Source: Jimgerdemannia flammicorona (Eukaryota). From it: a stretch of DNA of 48,664 nucleotides. The notes beneath the pieces are model-generated. The model was not told the DNA's origin, made no database searches, and saw nothing but the letters and a program-made list of their open reading frames with translations. The stretch covers positions 1 to 48,664 of the forward strand of contig RBNJ01000036.1 of the NCBI GenBank assembly GCA_003990765.1, read 5' to 3'. The number at the start of each line of letters is the position of its first letter. The first letter of the stretch is position 1. Both the position numbers and the translations under genes were made by a program. Shown piece by piece: positions 10,296 to 23,339 of the stretch.

Positions 10296-11909
10296 ATATA
10301 TAAGTAATCTTTAGTGATAACATCATCTATACAAGCAGAGTATCAAGGATTATCTATAGTAATAAAGGAAGCTATATGACTTCAGGAACCGCTAAAGGAG
10401 TTAGGATATGATCAATGGTACTCTATGCTACTCCAACAAGACAATCAGTCTATAATTTCTATAGTAAAGAACTCTATACATTTTGCTAGAATGAAGCACA
10501 TTGATATATAGTATAATTTTATATAAAAATGTATAGAAAATAGTACTATATATCTGGAATATATCTCAATAGAGTATATGATAGTAGATGTATTGACTAA
10601 AGCCCTTTTAAAGACAAAGTTTGACTTATATATATAAGAAATAGGACTTATAATAGACAACTCTATATCAATGGAAACTATATGCTAATAATTAATATTC
10701 AAGTATTTCAACAGAGATTACAGGACTTTTCAGGCTTCTCAAAGTCTTCTACCATATCTTGCATATATCTCTCTATATTCCTATATATCTTATATATATT
10801 TCTCTATATTATTAGTCTTTCACTACATTTTTGATCTATTTTCATACTTATAAGTAGGAAATTTTGACCTTTCTGGTCATCTAGATAGCATCTAGTTAGT
10901 TATGTTTAGTTAGTCTTTTATTTACATATTTCTGCATATTCTAGAACATATCTTATTAAGCAGGAGTATTGAAATATCTTAGTTATAGCAACTTGATATA
11001 TGGTGGTATAGCCTGACTACATCATTATATAAACATCATCAATCAATCTTTTGTGAAAATGCCAAGAGGTATGATGAGTTCAAAGGGGAAAGAAAGAACC
11101 CCAGAAAAGATTTTTAATTCAAGGAATATGTATTTGGGTGAAAAGAAAAGAAACATATGGTAGAAAAACTGGCCCCTTATATATATGTGTATAGAGGGAG
11201 GGTGGTAGAAAAAGTGAGCAAAAATATATATGAAAGTAAATATAAATGTACATTATGGCACATAGAGTAGTATATAGAACATAGAGTACTGAATTAGATA
11301 GCATTAAGCAAAGAAGACCAAAAAAGAAAATGTATACCCAACATGTAGCCCAAAACAGAGACAAGATATACAGTACCAAATATATAAGTACTCAAGACAT
11401 TCCTGTATCCATTGATCTGTGGACTTGAATGAGCCCCCTCATTCAATCTTTTGTAATAATGTCAAGAGCTATGATGAGTTTGAAGGGAGAAGAAAGAACC
11501 CCAGAAAAGATTTTTGATTCAAGGAATATATATTTGAGTGAAAAGAAAAGAAATATATAGTAGAAAAACTAGTCCAAATAAGTATTATATGATCTGATGT
11601 GGGGGAAGTGAGAACAAGGAAGGAAGTGTTATATGACCTGATGTGGGGGAAGTGAGAATGAGGAAGGACTAACACCCAAAGGAAAGTAGGGAAGTGTAGG
11701 CAGAGAAGATAGGATGGTACTATGAGCAACATTATATCAGAATGATGTGAAGAGCATGCAGCACTCTGCATTAATAGCTGGTGTCACAGGCCCACACACA
11801 GTAAGATATACTTCACTGATTAACTGATATCATGGACATGTGGTTAGAAATATCAGTGGCTAAGAGAAATAGCTGAGTGAGAGAGGCCTGAAGATTACAG
11901 ATATATATA

Positions 11910-12790
11910 GGCATGTGAATATACCCTTGGAATGCCACACTTGACCAGTGCCCAAGTATTTAAATTTCATAGTCTGACAGACCCACTGTAGCAGCATCTG
12001 ATGTAGTACTAATCTGAAAACTGTGGCTGATATAGAGAGCCAGATTGAGCTCAATATGCAAAAGCAGAGATCAGAGATAGTGAATGAGATAGGAGCAGAA
12101 GAAGGGGTGGCTCACAGAGTATACAAATAGAGGAATATCTGCTGGATTAGGGGTGGTAAGGAATAGAAGACAAAGTAGAGATATAATACTTGGTATGTTT
12201 GGTACCATTTTGATGATGAACAGAGTATAGCCCTGTCAGAAGGGGTCTGTTTTCGAGGCAGATAGAGTTAGAGTGACATGCATAGGGTCTATAATATGAG
12301 AGTGGAAGGCTATACAGCCCCAAGAAACCTGGAAGGAGGAATCAAATGGACAATCCCATATAAACTTATCCGACCTCAGAAACCTGACATAGGCTAGAGA
12401 CATCACTGCTATCAGATTGAGGTCATCATGGTCTTGTAGGTACAGAAGGGCCAGGAGCTACCATAAGATACTGATGGTGATTAGAAGCTAAGAATGGGCT
12501 GGCCATATGCCCAGCCATTGTTTAACACTACACATGACTTGGGGCAGCTGTTGAAGACCTATGAAAGGGTCAGCAAGACTGGAGTCAATGTGAAAAGACT
12601 GAATGGCTGAGAGATACCACTTGATAGTAGTAGGTTGCAGGTGCCATAAGGCAAGATGACAGACTTAATACATTAGCTTTAGCTCAGACATAGGTAGGGC
12701 ACTGCTAGAACTGCATTACTGTGGAGGGCACAGAATTGGAGAAAGCTGTATTGTTCTGAAGAATATGAGTAGTGCATAGATTTTATCAGT
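11910..12790 (-). pseudogene. Tyrosine recombinase of Ngaro 1
   Basis: Minus strand ~12040-11915 reads YISHSFQISTTSDAATVGLSDYEI*ILGHWSSVAFQGYI, matching the YR consensus HSFRIGAA..GRW.S.A...Y. Confidence 0.8.
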
Positions 12791-12859
12791 CTGAACTACA
12801 GAAAGAAGGCAATGATAGGTGGAAGTGTAGTGTGCAGATGATACCAATCATTGTCAGAT

Positions 12860-14430
12860 GCATCTGTGTATAGGGGGTAAGATGGTAGAAGTGAGAGAGA
12901 TCAGAGTGAGACAAAGTATCAGTGATACTATTATCAGAGGTAGAGATATATATAGCGTGAAGTTGGAAGATGTGCAATACTATGAGAAAATAAAGTTGGC
13001 AAAGACGCTTGAGTAGAAGAGGGTTATATATAGTACCCAAGTCGATAATAATAATGACTACTTGGTTATCTATATGAAGAAGAATCTGATGGAAAGCTCA
13101 CTGAGTATCTCAAGTAGCAGTGGCTGCCACAATGGTGTAGAGCTCTTTGAATTGAATATTATATGATATTAGAACAGGAGGCCATGGGGCAGAGAACCAT
13201 GATCCTTCATAATATACCCTAAAGCCTAAGTTGCTGCTGGCATTGATCCATAGATGAGTATTGGGTGAACTAGATCACTCAACTGGGTGAATGACTGAAA
13301 TGCAATTCCAAAGCAGTAAGAAAGCAAGCCACCACTAAATGTTGGTATGGAATATATCAGGTAAAGAGATATGGAAGTTAGAGTTGCCAGAGAGCAGATC
13401 AATGAAATACTGGAGAAAGAGTCATTCTAACAGGATGATTTTACTAGCAAAGACCAAGGAGCTGATGAGGGATTGAAGTTGAGACCTTGTACAAGATGTT
13501 CACATAGACTAATGATGAAGAAGTATTATGATAGCATCAAGTTTGCCAATGGAGTAATAAGCTTCCATTATGACTGAATTGAGCTTAATGCTTAGGAAAA
13601 CTAGAGATATCAATGGCCCCTCAACCTTCTGCTCTTGAATGGACTAGCTGAGGTCTTAGTTAAGAGACAGGAATGATTGGAGGTCAGCAGATGCTGCTCT
13701 AATAATCAGAGTAAAGACTAGCAGAAAGTCATCTATATAATATATAAGAGCCTGGAGACCATGCCAAAGTACTATCTATGTGAGGAACTCAATGAAGAAG
13801 TTAAAGAGAAATGGCAAGGAAGATGTGCCAAAAGGGGCAAAGTGGTCAAAATAGAATAGACTGATCATTCAAAACCAAACAGCTTTCTCAGTGGGGTGGA
13901 TGAGTATGTGACAATAGGCATTGGTGAGATCAATCTTCAATAGTAGACAACCTTGGCCAAACTGGCAAATTAGAGTCAATGCATTATCAAAACAAATATA
14001 AGACAGTATAAAGGCATTATGATCAATGCCCACATTTACTGATCTACTGCTGCAGGGCCAGAACAGATTATGGATATATTGCCAAGTAGTGGTGGAATTT
14101 TTCTTAACCACAGTACCAAGAGAGAATGAGCAGAAGTTGGCAAATAGAGAGACTGAAAATGGACTACAGACTCAACCCACCATGAGCTCCTATGCAATAT
14201 CCAAGACAATGGTATCTGGATGGTCTAGAGCAGAATAGTAGTTATGAGCCAAGAGGTGGTGCTGAGAGCCATCAAAACAGAGAAGTATGTCTTGAGTAAT
14301 AGTAGTGATAGTAAACTGGGAGATGGACTGATTGGGATAATGTTGGAGTTCACATATCTATATAGCAGACAGGAGAGTAGTAGATAATAATGGAAATCTC
14401 TATAGAATAGCCTGAGTGGCATCATTAGGT
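12860..14430 (-). pseudogene. RT and RNase H of Ngaro 1
   Basis: ORF 13869-14111: KKNS..WQYIHNLFWP..SVN.GID..LKIDLTNAYCHILIHP; APFGTSS; RH WINASS..GF...W....NIQFKELY..HIDNQ; DNSITDTLS. Confidence 0.85.
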
Positions 14431-16365
14431 AGAAGCATAATTGGTTATTAGAGAAATGTGTTAGGAGTAGGTAGAGAATTGCAGGTAGGTAGAGTGAGTG
14501 GAGGAATACAAGTAAGTGGGGTGGGTGGAGGATGTAGGTGAGTAAGGTGGGGGCAAATTCCTAGAGCTAAAAAAGCTGATTATATGAACAGTGAGATCAC
14601 AAATGGTCTTTACCACACCATATATAGATATGAGCATAGAAATGGTTCTTCTGCCAACAGCCTGGATCCTTTACAGGAAATCTGTTGCTGGTAATACCAT
14701 TGTAGGCATGATATGTGAGATGGCTCACTGCACTATCCCCTATATAGGAGGTTGAGCCTTTGGCAGGATAAGAGGGCCATGGAGAACTATGAAGCCTAAA
14801 TGGCTTGGAAGCAGTGACTGGCATTTGGGGATATTGGTATAGACTAAGAACTATGAATAAATCAGAGTCATGGTGAGCCTATAAGTAATACTAGGTTGGA
14901 GAGATACTATCATTCACAATCTCTGCTAAGTGCTTAATATGAAAGGAGATGTGATAGTTGAGAAGTGCTGACCAGAAGGATGATGTGGAGAGTAAAATGA
15001 AGTTGGCAGTATAGGTGAAGAATGGAGTAGGTTCAGGGAGCCCTGGATAAGCATCCTAGAGAATGCTAAAATAACTGAGGAGTGTGGTAAGAAATACTGA
15101 GACATCTGGGAGATTCTTAATGATAGATGGAGGCCTCTGCAGAATGATCCTTATGCCAGAGTTATCAATTGTTTCAATGAATTGAGCCTCAGAAGGGGAG
15201 CTAGAAGATGTGACATTATACTCCAGAAACTGACTAAGGAGAAGTGGCAGAGAAGGAGTTGTTAATGATCACCACTAAGAGATATTAGTTGATATAAGCA
15301 TACTTGAGTGAGAGGTTGATGCTGCAAATGATGGTGTGGGTGGCAGTAATGGGGACAGCAGGTAGAGGAAAGAACTCATCCTGTGGATTACCAAGTGGGC
15401 CATAAGAGCCAGGGGGGGTGGAGGTGGAAATTGCTGTTGAAAGAGAAGATACAGAGACAATAGCTGCTGATAGAGATGCAGTAGTGTGATCTATAAATGA
15501 TTGATTCATGACAGAGATAGTAGGATTACTGGAAGGGTAGATTTGATTGTCATGGTTGAGACTGGGACATCAATAATAGTCATAGCCAGGCATGTATAGA
15601 GTAGGTAGAGCAGCTCATTGATGTGGTGGTTCTGGGCAGAAGTGTGTTCTTACAGCACAATGATACTGGCCTTGATGGAGCTGACAGAAGAGAGCAGTGG
15701 AGCTATTGAAGTAGACTGTTCCAGAGTAGGAGACTGTGGTCAAACAGGGGCCTTGGACATTATATGGGTGGAGAGCTGCAAAGATGTTGGGGGGAAGTGG
15801 AAGTTACTTCTTCTAGCAGATTTTCGAGATATAAAATCAGAGTGCCAATATTGGGAGTATTATCATTGTTGGAGTCATCTTGCAAAAAGCAGAGCATACA
15901 TTTGATAAAAGGAATATTGTAGCAGAATGGACAGGATGCAGAACTGAGGTTGTGTTGCCCTTTGGACATATTGGAGTGGTTGTATCAGCATAGAGAGCAG
16001 GAGTTGACAGTAAGCACCATCAAGGTGGAGTATATAGTGAATATGATATAATTAGAAAAAGTGAGTGCAAATATATATAAAAGCAAATACAAATATACAT
16101 TATGGCATGAAGAGTAGTATATAGTACATAGAGTGCTGAATTAGATAGTGTTAAGTGAAGAAGACCAAAAAAGGAAATATATGCCCAATATGTAGCCCAA
16201 AACAGAGACAAGGCATATGGTGCCAAAGACACAAGTGCCCAAGACATTCCTGCATCTATTGACCTGTGGGCTCAAATGAGCCCCCTCATTATGCATAAAA
16301 GTGTATAAGTTAGCATCAATAAACAATGCCCTCCTTCCTCTCTCCACTCTTCCTATTCCACAACA

Positions 16366-19300
16366 GACAAGTTATAGTAAGGAACACTTTTGTGTTCGAG
16401 TCATTCACCCACTAATTATAAAGGGAAATGAATCAGATTTTGATGAGCTATCTAGCTCTAACTCGAAAAAAAATAAAATAAAATAAAATAATGGAGAAGA
16501 TAGAAACTGAAGGACTCATTCTATGATAATTTAAATAATTTTTATCTCAGGAAATTAAAAGGCGATCTGGGAAATCCGGCCTTATTTTGACTCAACCGAC
16601 CAGGATTACCAGCATGATATGCGTTAAATGTCTAATGGGTTTTATTTTCGCGAGAAGGCCACAAAGCTGGTGATCTCGGTGATGCAAACCATGTACGAAA
16701 CAGGCTTATAAGTCTTAATTGATCACCTGTGTCAAATTCTTGACTCCGAACTACGCAAAATAGCCTTATATTTCGTTACCAAAAATTGACGGGAATGCAC
16801 GATTCTCCTCTCCCTTTCAATCATGCTAAGACTTGATCAAATACCTCGGTTTAATGTTTCAATGCATCTGAATAATGCTTGCTGGCATGTGACATTTAGA
16901 GTGAAGGAACGGAAGGAAAATATCCTCAGAGGAGACCAGCCTACTATGATACATTTCGGTGACAAACGCGAGAGTGAGTGTAACAGGGGGCTGTGTCGTC
17001 GAGAGGAGTCGCGACTTGGCGACGTTTGTATAACAACGGACGCTTAGTCACGTATAAACCGAGTGGCCTCCGACAATCACTATGGCGACCCCATTTGGTT
17101 ATGTCCTGGCCATTTCAAAAAGATATCATGCGCAGCCCATTGACTACTTTCGGCACTACTAATTTTACATGTCTCTGAAAAGAAAAGCATTTACCTGGTC
17201 CGTAAGTCCGCTGGAAAGTCCAAAAATAGGTATCATCAGCCACCCGTATATGATATAAAGGCAACTTCGAATCATTCAATCCACCCCCACAATCATCCAT
17301 CGATATAAAATGAAGATTTCCTTAACCTTAACCCTCACCGCCGCCACTCTCTTCGGCACCTCCTCTTCCGCACCGGCGGCCACCATGGACGCCTGCGGTT
17401 GTGTGGGCAACGTTCCCGGGACGTGGGTGATGTGGAAGAAGGCTATGGCGTGTATCCGTAGCATCCCATTCAATACCAAGTCTCGCGATGAGGTGCTGAG
17501 CTACATTGATAAGACGCTTCCTTTCTACGTTTTCCTTGACCAAGCGCGCAACTACACGGGGCGGTACCCATTGCAAGTTGATCTCCTTGCTGGCCTCCAG
17601 CGGATCCGGACCACCACCTTTCCGGACGACTACTCATTCAATGTGGACATCGAAAACCTTTTCACATCGTTCAACGATGGCCACACGCTTTTCTGGAACG
17701 AATTTTATTCAAGCTCTAAGCTTGGTCAGTGGGATTTTCGCCCGCCGTTTCTTATTGCCCCCGTAAGTGTTGGGGACAAATTGAAGTGGAATGTTGTAAA
17801 CGCAGATATCGGCGACCTGGCAACCTCGAGTTCGGAGACTTATCTAGAGAGCTTCAAGGCGCAGACGGGCATCAACGTAACTAGCTACGCGGGGGCCGAG
17901 GTCACGGCCATCAACGGCCGCCTAATCTTGGAAGTGGTGAAGAAGTTCGGCGACACCCAGGTCGGTGTGTCGCGCGACCCGTCCACACGATTCAACATCG
18001 CCGTCGCCACGGGGAGGACCCAGTACCCGCTAGGCGCATTTTCGTACCGGCAGTCGATCCGCAAGCCAGATTCCGCCACGCTATCCTATACCCTGATCCC
18101 CGCAGGAGAGACCAAGGCGATGACGCTGACTTTGCCTTGGATGGCGCTGACTCCGAGCGGGAGCTTTGCCTCGACGGCCGAGTTCTATAAAAGCAACTGC
18201 GGGTTCAACACAGACTCATCGACATCAGTAGCCGCGGTTGCCGAGGGACAGCCGGCGCCTGCGCTGCGAGCGAGGAAGTTAGAGCAAGAGGCCAAGTTGG
18301 AAAAGACGGCGCTGGTCAAAGGGACCACAACGCCTGCGGGCGTCCTTATGCTCCAGGAGCCGAGTTGCACAGATGACTTCGAAATCCCAGCTTTAGCCGG
18401 GGTGCCGTGGGGGTGCTTTTACAAGCTGGATAAAACGACGGCCGTGTTTACGCTGAGCAAGTTTCAGCAAGCGCCCCACAGCAAAGATGGTGCATGGCAG
18501 AGGCAATTCCAGAGCGCGTTCGAGATACTTAAACGGCAGAACCTGACCAAGCTCGTCATCGACTTCAGTGACAATCACGGAGGTTCGATCGCCTTCGGTG
18601 AGCTATTCTACATTTCATTATTTTGATATGGCGAGGGCTACTGACATCTTCCTTCCGCTCGCAAAACCCAGCCTACGCACTCCTGAACTGCCTGTTTCCC
18701 GCCCAGCCTCGGCACCTCTACTTCGCAACGGATATCCGCCTTCATCCGCTGGCACTCAAGCTCACCGCTGCAGCGGTGCAGCAGAACAATACCGATTCGT
18801 TCTGGCACTATTCCAGCTGGGCCGATCCAACCACAGGCGCACCTTTTACAAGTCCCAATCAATTCCCTGGCCACATTACCTACACAAGGGGTGGCGTCGC
18901 AACACAATACACAGCTCGGTTCATTGATAACGTTAGTGCAGGTTATATGACATTAAGCAAATGACCTTCTTAATTCTAGATTTCCTTGCCACATCCATAA
19001 CCATCGACTCAACACACTTTACTAAAATCTCCACTAGGTCGCAAATGATTTGGCCTTGCTTCCTCCTAGCACGAACTTCCACTACGTGCCCTCTGATGTC
19101 CTATTCCTATCTAACGGTAACTCCTTCAGCGCGGGCGCCCTGGTCGCACGTCATCTCCAAGACGTGGTCGGCGTGAAGACCGCCGTCCTTGGCGGCTACC
19201 CCGACCAGCCGCAGGTCATGTGGACGACAATAGGCGGTGAGGTGTACACGATTGACTCCGACATCACGGACCTGGGCCTGGATACCGATCCGGACGCACC

Positions 19301-19890
19301 GTCGGCGACCAACTTGCGGATCTCGGTCACTTTTGTTATCCGCGAGGCCTATGGGAATTACCAGCCTGCCAAAGAAGGAGTGGTGCCGCTGGAATTTTCG
19401 TGGAAGGCCGCCGACTACAAGATACCGTTTACCGCTGAGAATGTTCTTGGGCCGGCTGTGTGTTGGAATCAAGTAGCGGCGTTGTTGGCGTAGGAGTAAG
19501 GTAGTTGTCGCAATAACGCCATTTAGCGTCAAATATGTATCTAGTATGACTCAGAATAAAAAAAAGAAGAAAATTTTGCAAACAAAATAAAAATCTCAAT
19601 GATGTAGTGAATAGAACGAATGTAAAAGGCTGTGATGAAATCGTGGCGATTTTGAACAAAATTCTCTCTTACTGTCGGTCCTCACTTCCCAACCTACATA
19701 CCGCACTCTGACCTTCGCTGGCCCTCGGCCTTGCCGTAACCTTAAGAAACAAAACCGATGCCCTTCTCATAAAGAGCTCTCCCACACCCATATTACCTTT
19801 TCAACGTGTCCACACTCTTCCACAGGCCGTAATACCTTCGAGTTCTAATCCATGACCAAATTGATCAACACTATTTTGCAAAAACGGCTT
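16366..19890 (+). repeat. Tandem duplication unit, copy 1 (upstream region, S41 gene, 3' flank)
   Basis: 16366-17331 aligns to 20319-21362; the 3' flank 19705-19890 aligns to 39738-39920; ATG-to-ATG spacing is 4031 bp. Confidence 0.92.
17310..19493 (+). CDS. Secreted peptidase family S41 (CPAF/tail-specific protease-like), 667 aa; exons 17310-18597, 18672-18931, 19038-19493
   Basis: Signal peptide MKISLTLTLTAATLFGTSSSA; NDGHT (His), PDZ-like GAEVTAING, LVIDFSDNHGG, LSNGNSFSAG (Ser); introns GTGAGC..CTGAC..CAG (74 nt) and GTTAGT..TAG (106 nt) join three track ORFs in frame (2004 nt); CpG-rich coding. Confidence 0.88.
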
Positions 19891-22800
19891 CAAACCTGAA
19901 AAGAAAGTTAATATTTTCAGGTGACGTTAGAATCGAGGGACATACAAGAAACGAAAGCAGTTTGAAGGATTGCCAGCCACGAAATTATTTATTGTGTATC
20001 AATTTGAACATACCTAGAATGTAACGAACGGTGTCTGAACGCGAGTTTGCCAAACTCATATGTTGAGCATGATATGACCCCTTTGTGAGGGAATTATTGC
20101 ATGTAAAAGAATCTCGGCCACAACTCCAAGCTCCCGTAAAGCCCCACTGCCCCACAAGGCGCAGCTGGTCTTACCCTCCGGTATGACCGATCAAGCCCCT
20201 TTTAATTTCCCCCCCTTTTTTTTTAACAAATATTCAGAGAACAGATTTTTCATTTTCATTTTTTCATTTCCAATCACGAATCTCATATAAATGGATTTTT
20301 TTTTCTCCAGATTGTTTGGACATGTTATGGTAAAGAACACTTTTGTGTTCGAGTCATTCACCCGCTAATTACAAAGGGAAATAAATCGGATTTCGATGAT
20401 CTATCTTGTTCTCATTCAAGAAAAAACAAAAAAAAAAAAAGGGGCCAAAATAATAACTGAAGGACTCATTCTATGATAATTTAAACAATTTTTATCTCAA
20501 GAAATTAGAGGGCGATCCAGGAAATCCGGCCATATTATGACTCAACCGACCATGATCACCAGCATGAGATGTGTAAAATGTCATAACGGGTGAACACTAC
20601 GCGATCGCTTTGAAATTTTTACAAAAGTCAGGCGGATTTTATTTTATTTTCGCGCGAAGGCCACAAAGCTGGTGATCTCGGTGATGCAAGCCATGTACGA
20701 AAACAGGCTTATAAGTCTTAATTATGAAAAAAAAAAAAAGGATCACCTGTGTCAAATTCTTGACTCAGAACTACGCAAAATAGCTATATTTCGTTACCAA
20801 AAATTGGCGGGAATGCACGATTCTCCTCCCCCCTTCAAGCATGCTAAGACTTGATCAAATACCTCGGTTTAATATTTCAATGCATCCTGAATATTGCCAA
20901 CACCCGTGCTGGCATGTGACATGTAGAATGAAGGAGCGGAAGGTAAATATCCTCAGAGGAGACCAGCCTACATACGATACATTTCGGTGACAAACGCGTT
21001 AGTGAGTGTAACAGGGGGCTGTGTCGTCGAGAGGAGTCGCAACTTGGCGACGTTTGTGTAACAACAGACGCTTAGTCACTTATAAACCGAGTGGCCTCCG
21101 ACAATCACAATTGGCGACCCCATTTGGTTATGTCCTGGCCATTTCAAAAAGATATCATGCGCAGCCCATTGACCACTTTCGGCACTACTAATTTTACATA
21201 TCTCTGAAATAAGAAAAGCATTTACCTGGTCCATAAGTCCGCTGGAAAGTCCAAAAATAGGTATCAATAGCCACCCATATGCGATATAAAGGCAACTTCG
21301 AATCATTCAATCCACCCCCACCATCATCCATCGAGATAAAATGAAGATTTCCTTAACCTTAATGTTGTGAATTTGTTGGGAATATGGAGTGGAGAACAGC
21401 AGCAGTGCTGTTTATTGATTGATCGCGTTTTTACGCGTCGAGTGACGTAGCTCAAGGATGTCATACATAGTTTAAAGAATCACATGTCTAAGCCACATTA
21501 TCAAGTTGCATAATAATAAGAATTGCTCAACAAGATAATATGCAAGAATGCAATATAAGCAAGAATATAAGAATGTAATGAAATCAAGCAATAACTGCAA
21601 AATGACTGTAAATATACTAAAAGAATACTATCTACTCATGCTTAAAGCATAAGAAACTGTAGTGAAAATGAAGAATATAGATAGATCCTGATAGTAAAAA
21701 ATCTCAAATATAGAAGAAGAAGAAGAACTGGTGAATAATAATAGAATATAATGCTAGAAGAGAGAGAGATATAGAAAGATATATTGTTTTCTGCTTCCTT
21801 TTTATTATAAAATGTCCTATGATTATCTATTTTTAGCATATAGTTCTATTGCTAATATATAGTTTACTATAAGACTTATTTCTTTAGTATATTACTTGAA
21901 CTTAAGTCCTGGGAGAGCTTTAGCAAGTAAATCTGCAATTATATACTTTGTGGGTATGTATTTTAAGTATATGGTTTCATTCTTTATATATTCTCTTATA
22001 TAATAATATTATATATCAATATGCTTTATTCTGCTATAATAAATAGAATTCTTAGTCATAACAATCATAGACTGATTATTCTGATATATAAGTATAGAGT
22101 GCCATTTCTGATCAAAATTAAGTTCTTTTAATAGCTGATATAGTCAAATGACTTCTTTAGTTACTGTAGACAATACTTGATACTCTGCTTATATATTTGT
22201 CAAAATATAACCTTTTTATCATTTAATTGAAATAAGTACCTAGTTATAAATTGATAATTATCTAAGTTTTCAGTCCAATTGGTATAACATATGCTAGATA
22301 GCTATATATTATTATCTTTGTTCTTACTACTCTTACTCAATCTACCAAGGGTGAGTATATAGTATATCATATCTTTAATTTATTTGAAAAAATCCACTTA
22401 ATAGTATTTCAATATGAATTATCATAGTAGGAGAAATACTGTACCATCTTATTGATGATATATGAGATTTCAGACCTTATTTCTAATATGAGATATATGA
22501 GAAAACTGACTGCTTACCAATAGAGAATGTTGTTATTTATCTCTAATATAGTATTGGGCTTTCTTAATTTTACAGAAGTTTCTATAGTAGTATTAACAGG
22601 CTTATATTTACTCATTAAAGTATTCTAGGATAGTTTTGATGTAAGCTACATATAAGAGATATATAGTATGTATACTCTCATTATATATAATAAATATTTT
22701 TAAAAGGAAGAATATATTATCAATATCTATTATCTTGAATTCTTAATACAAAGCTTTTTTGACTCTATTAAGCCTGTTTTTTATTAAAATGATAATTATA

Positions 22801-23210
22801 TTATCTACTCAAATATCTATAAATGTTATTGCATTAGTATAATATTAAAAATATATAGTTATCTACTATGTATATAAAGTTATTATTAAGGAGATTTTTC
22901 TATTTTACAGATAGACTGTTTGCTTGATATTAAATAACTCTTTATATAGTTTATATATAAAGTTGTTCTAGCTATAATATAATTTATATCCTTATGGCTG
23001 TCAAATGTATAACTCTATATCTACATTACTATTAAGAAAAGCCATCTTTATATCTAACTGATAGATTTTCAGATCATATATAGTACTGATAATAAGAAGT
23101 ATTCTTAGTAAAGTAAGCTTAAATATAGGTGAAAATATCTTATTATAATGTATACTATAATTCTATATATAATCCTTAGTAATAAAATATACTTTATATT
23201 GCTATATACC

Positions 23211-23339
23211 CTTTTTTTTTTTTTTTTTTTTTTAAATTACTTGAACTGCTGTATTTATTGCCAAATTAATTTAAACCTATAGAATATACAATATTCCAAC
23301 CCCTACTCCATCCCTCTGAGAGGTGTCCCCCCCTCTCCC
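23211..23339 (-). mobile_element. 5'-truncated non-LTR (LINE/SINE-like) 3' end inserted in the Copia B RT
   Basis: T22 tract (23212-23233) is a minus-strand poly(A); AATAAA lies ~20 nt upstream on that strand; imperfect ~12-bp TSD TTGCTATATACC (23199-23210) / TTGCTCTATACT (23340-23351). Confidence 0.7.

Larger units (their letters stand above)
11044..16290 (-). mobile_element. Ngaro-type (DIRS order) tyrosine-recombinase retrotransposon 1, decayed
   Basis: Split direct repeats A1 16053-16290, B1 11444-11575, A2 11206-11443, B2 11044-11175 (A1..B1-A2-B2 on the minus strand); RT, RH and YR remnants; no TSD. Confidence 0.92.
10296..16365 (+). mobile_element. Ty1/Copia element A, 3' part only (RNase H, 3'UTR, PPT, split 3' LTR)
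   Basis: Decayed RH motifs S(S)IQAEYQ, DNQS..KN...RMKHIDI, DVLTKAL (10300-10610); PPT AAGCAGGAG then LTR halves 10967-11043 and 16291-16365, homologous to the LTRs at 32641 and 38481. Confidence 0.88.

Noticed and set aside
11044-16290. DIRS1-type element with inverted termini, or an ordinary LTR element
   Set aside because: The repeats are split direct repeats (A..B-A-B), with YR instead of DDE integrase, no TSD and no methyltransferase.
17310-19493. Three separate genes, or a frameshifted pseudogene, from ORFs 17310, 18623 and 19050
   Set aside because: Canonical introns join them into one 668-codon frame; intron 2 splice sites are conserved in the paralog.
17310-19493. ustP/phomP-like peptidase of a fungal RiPP cluster
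   Set aside because: No repeat-containing precursor peptide, DUF3328 oxidase or tyrosinase gene is visible in the window.
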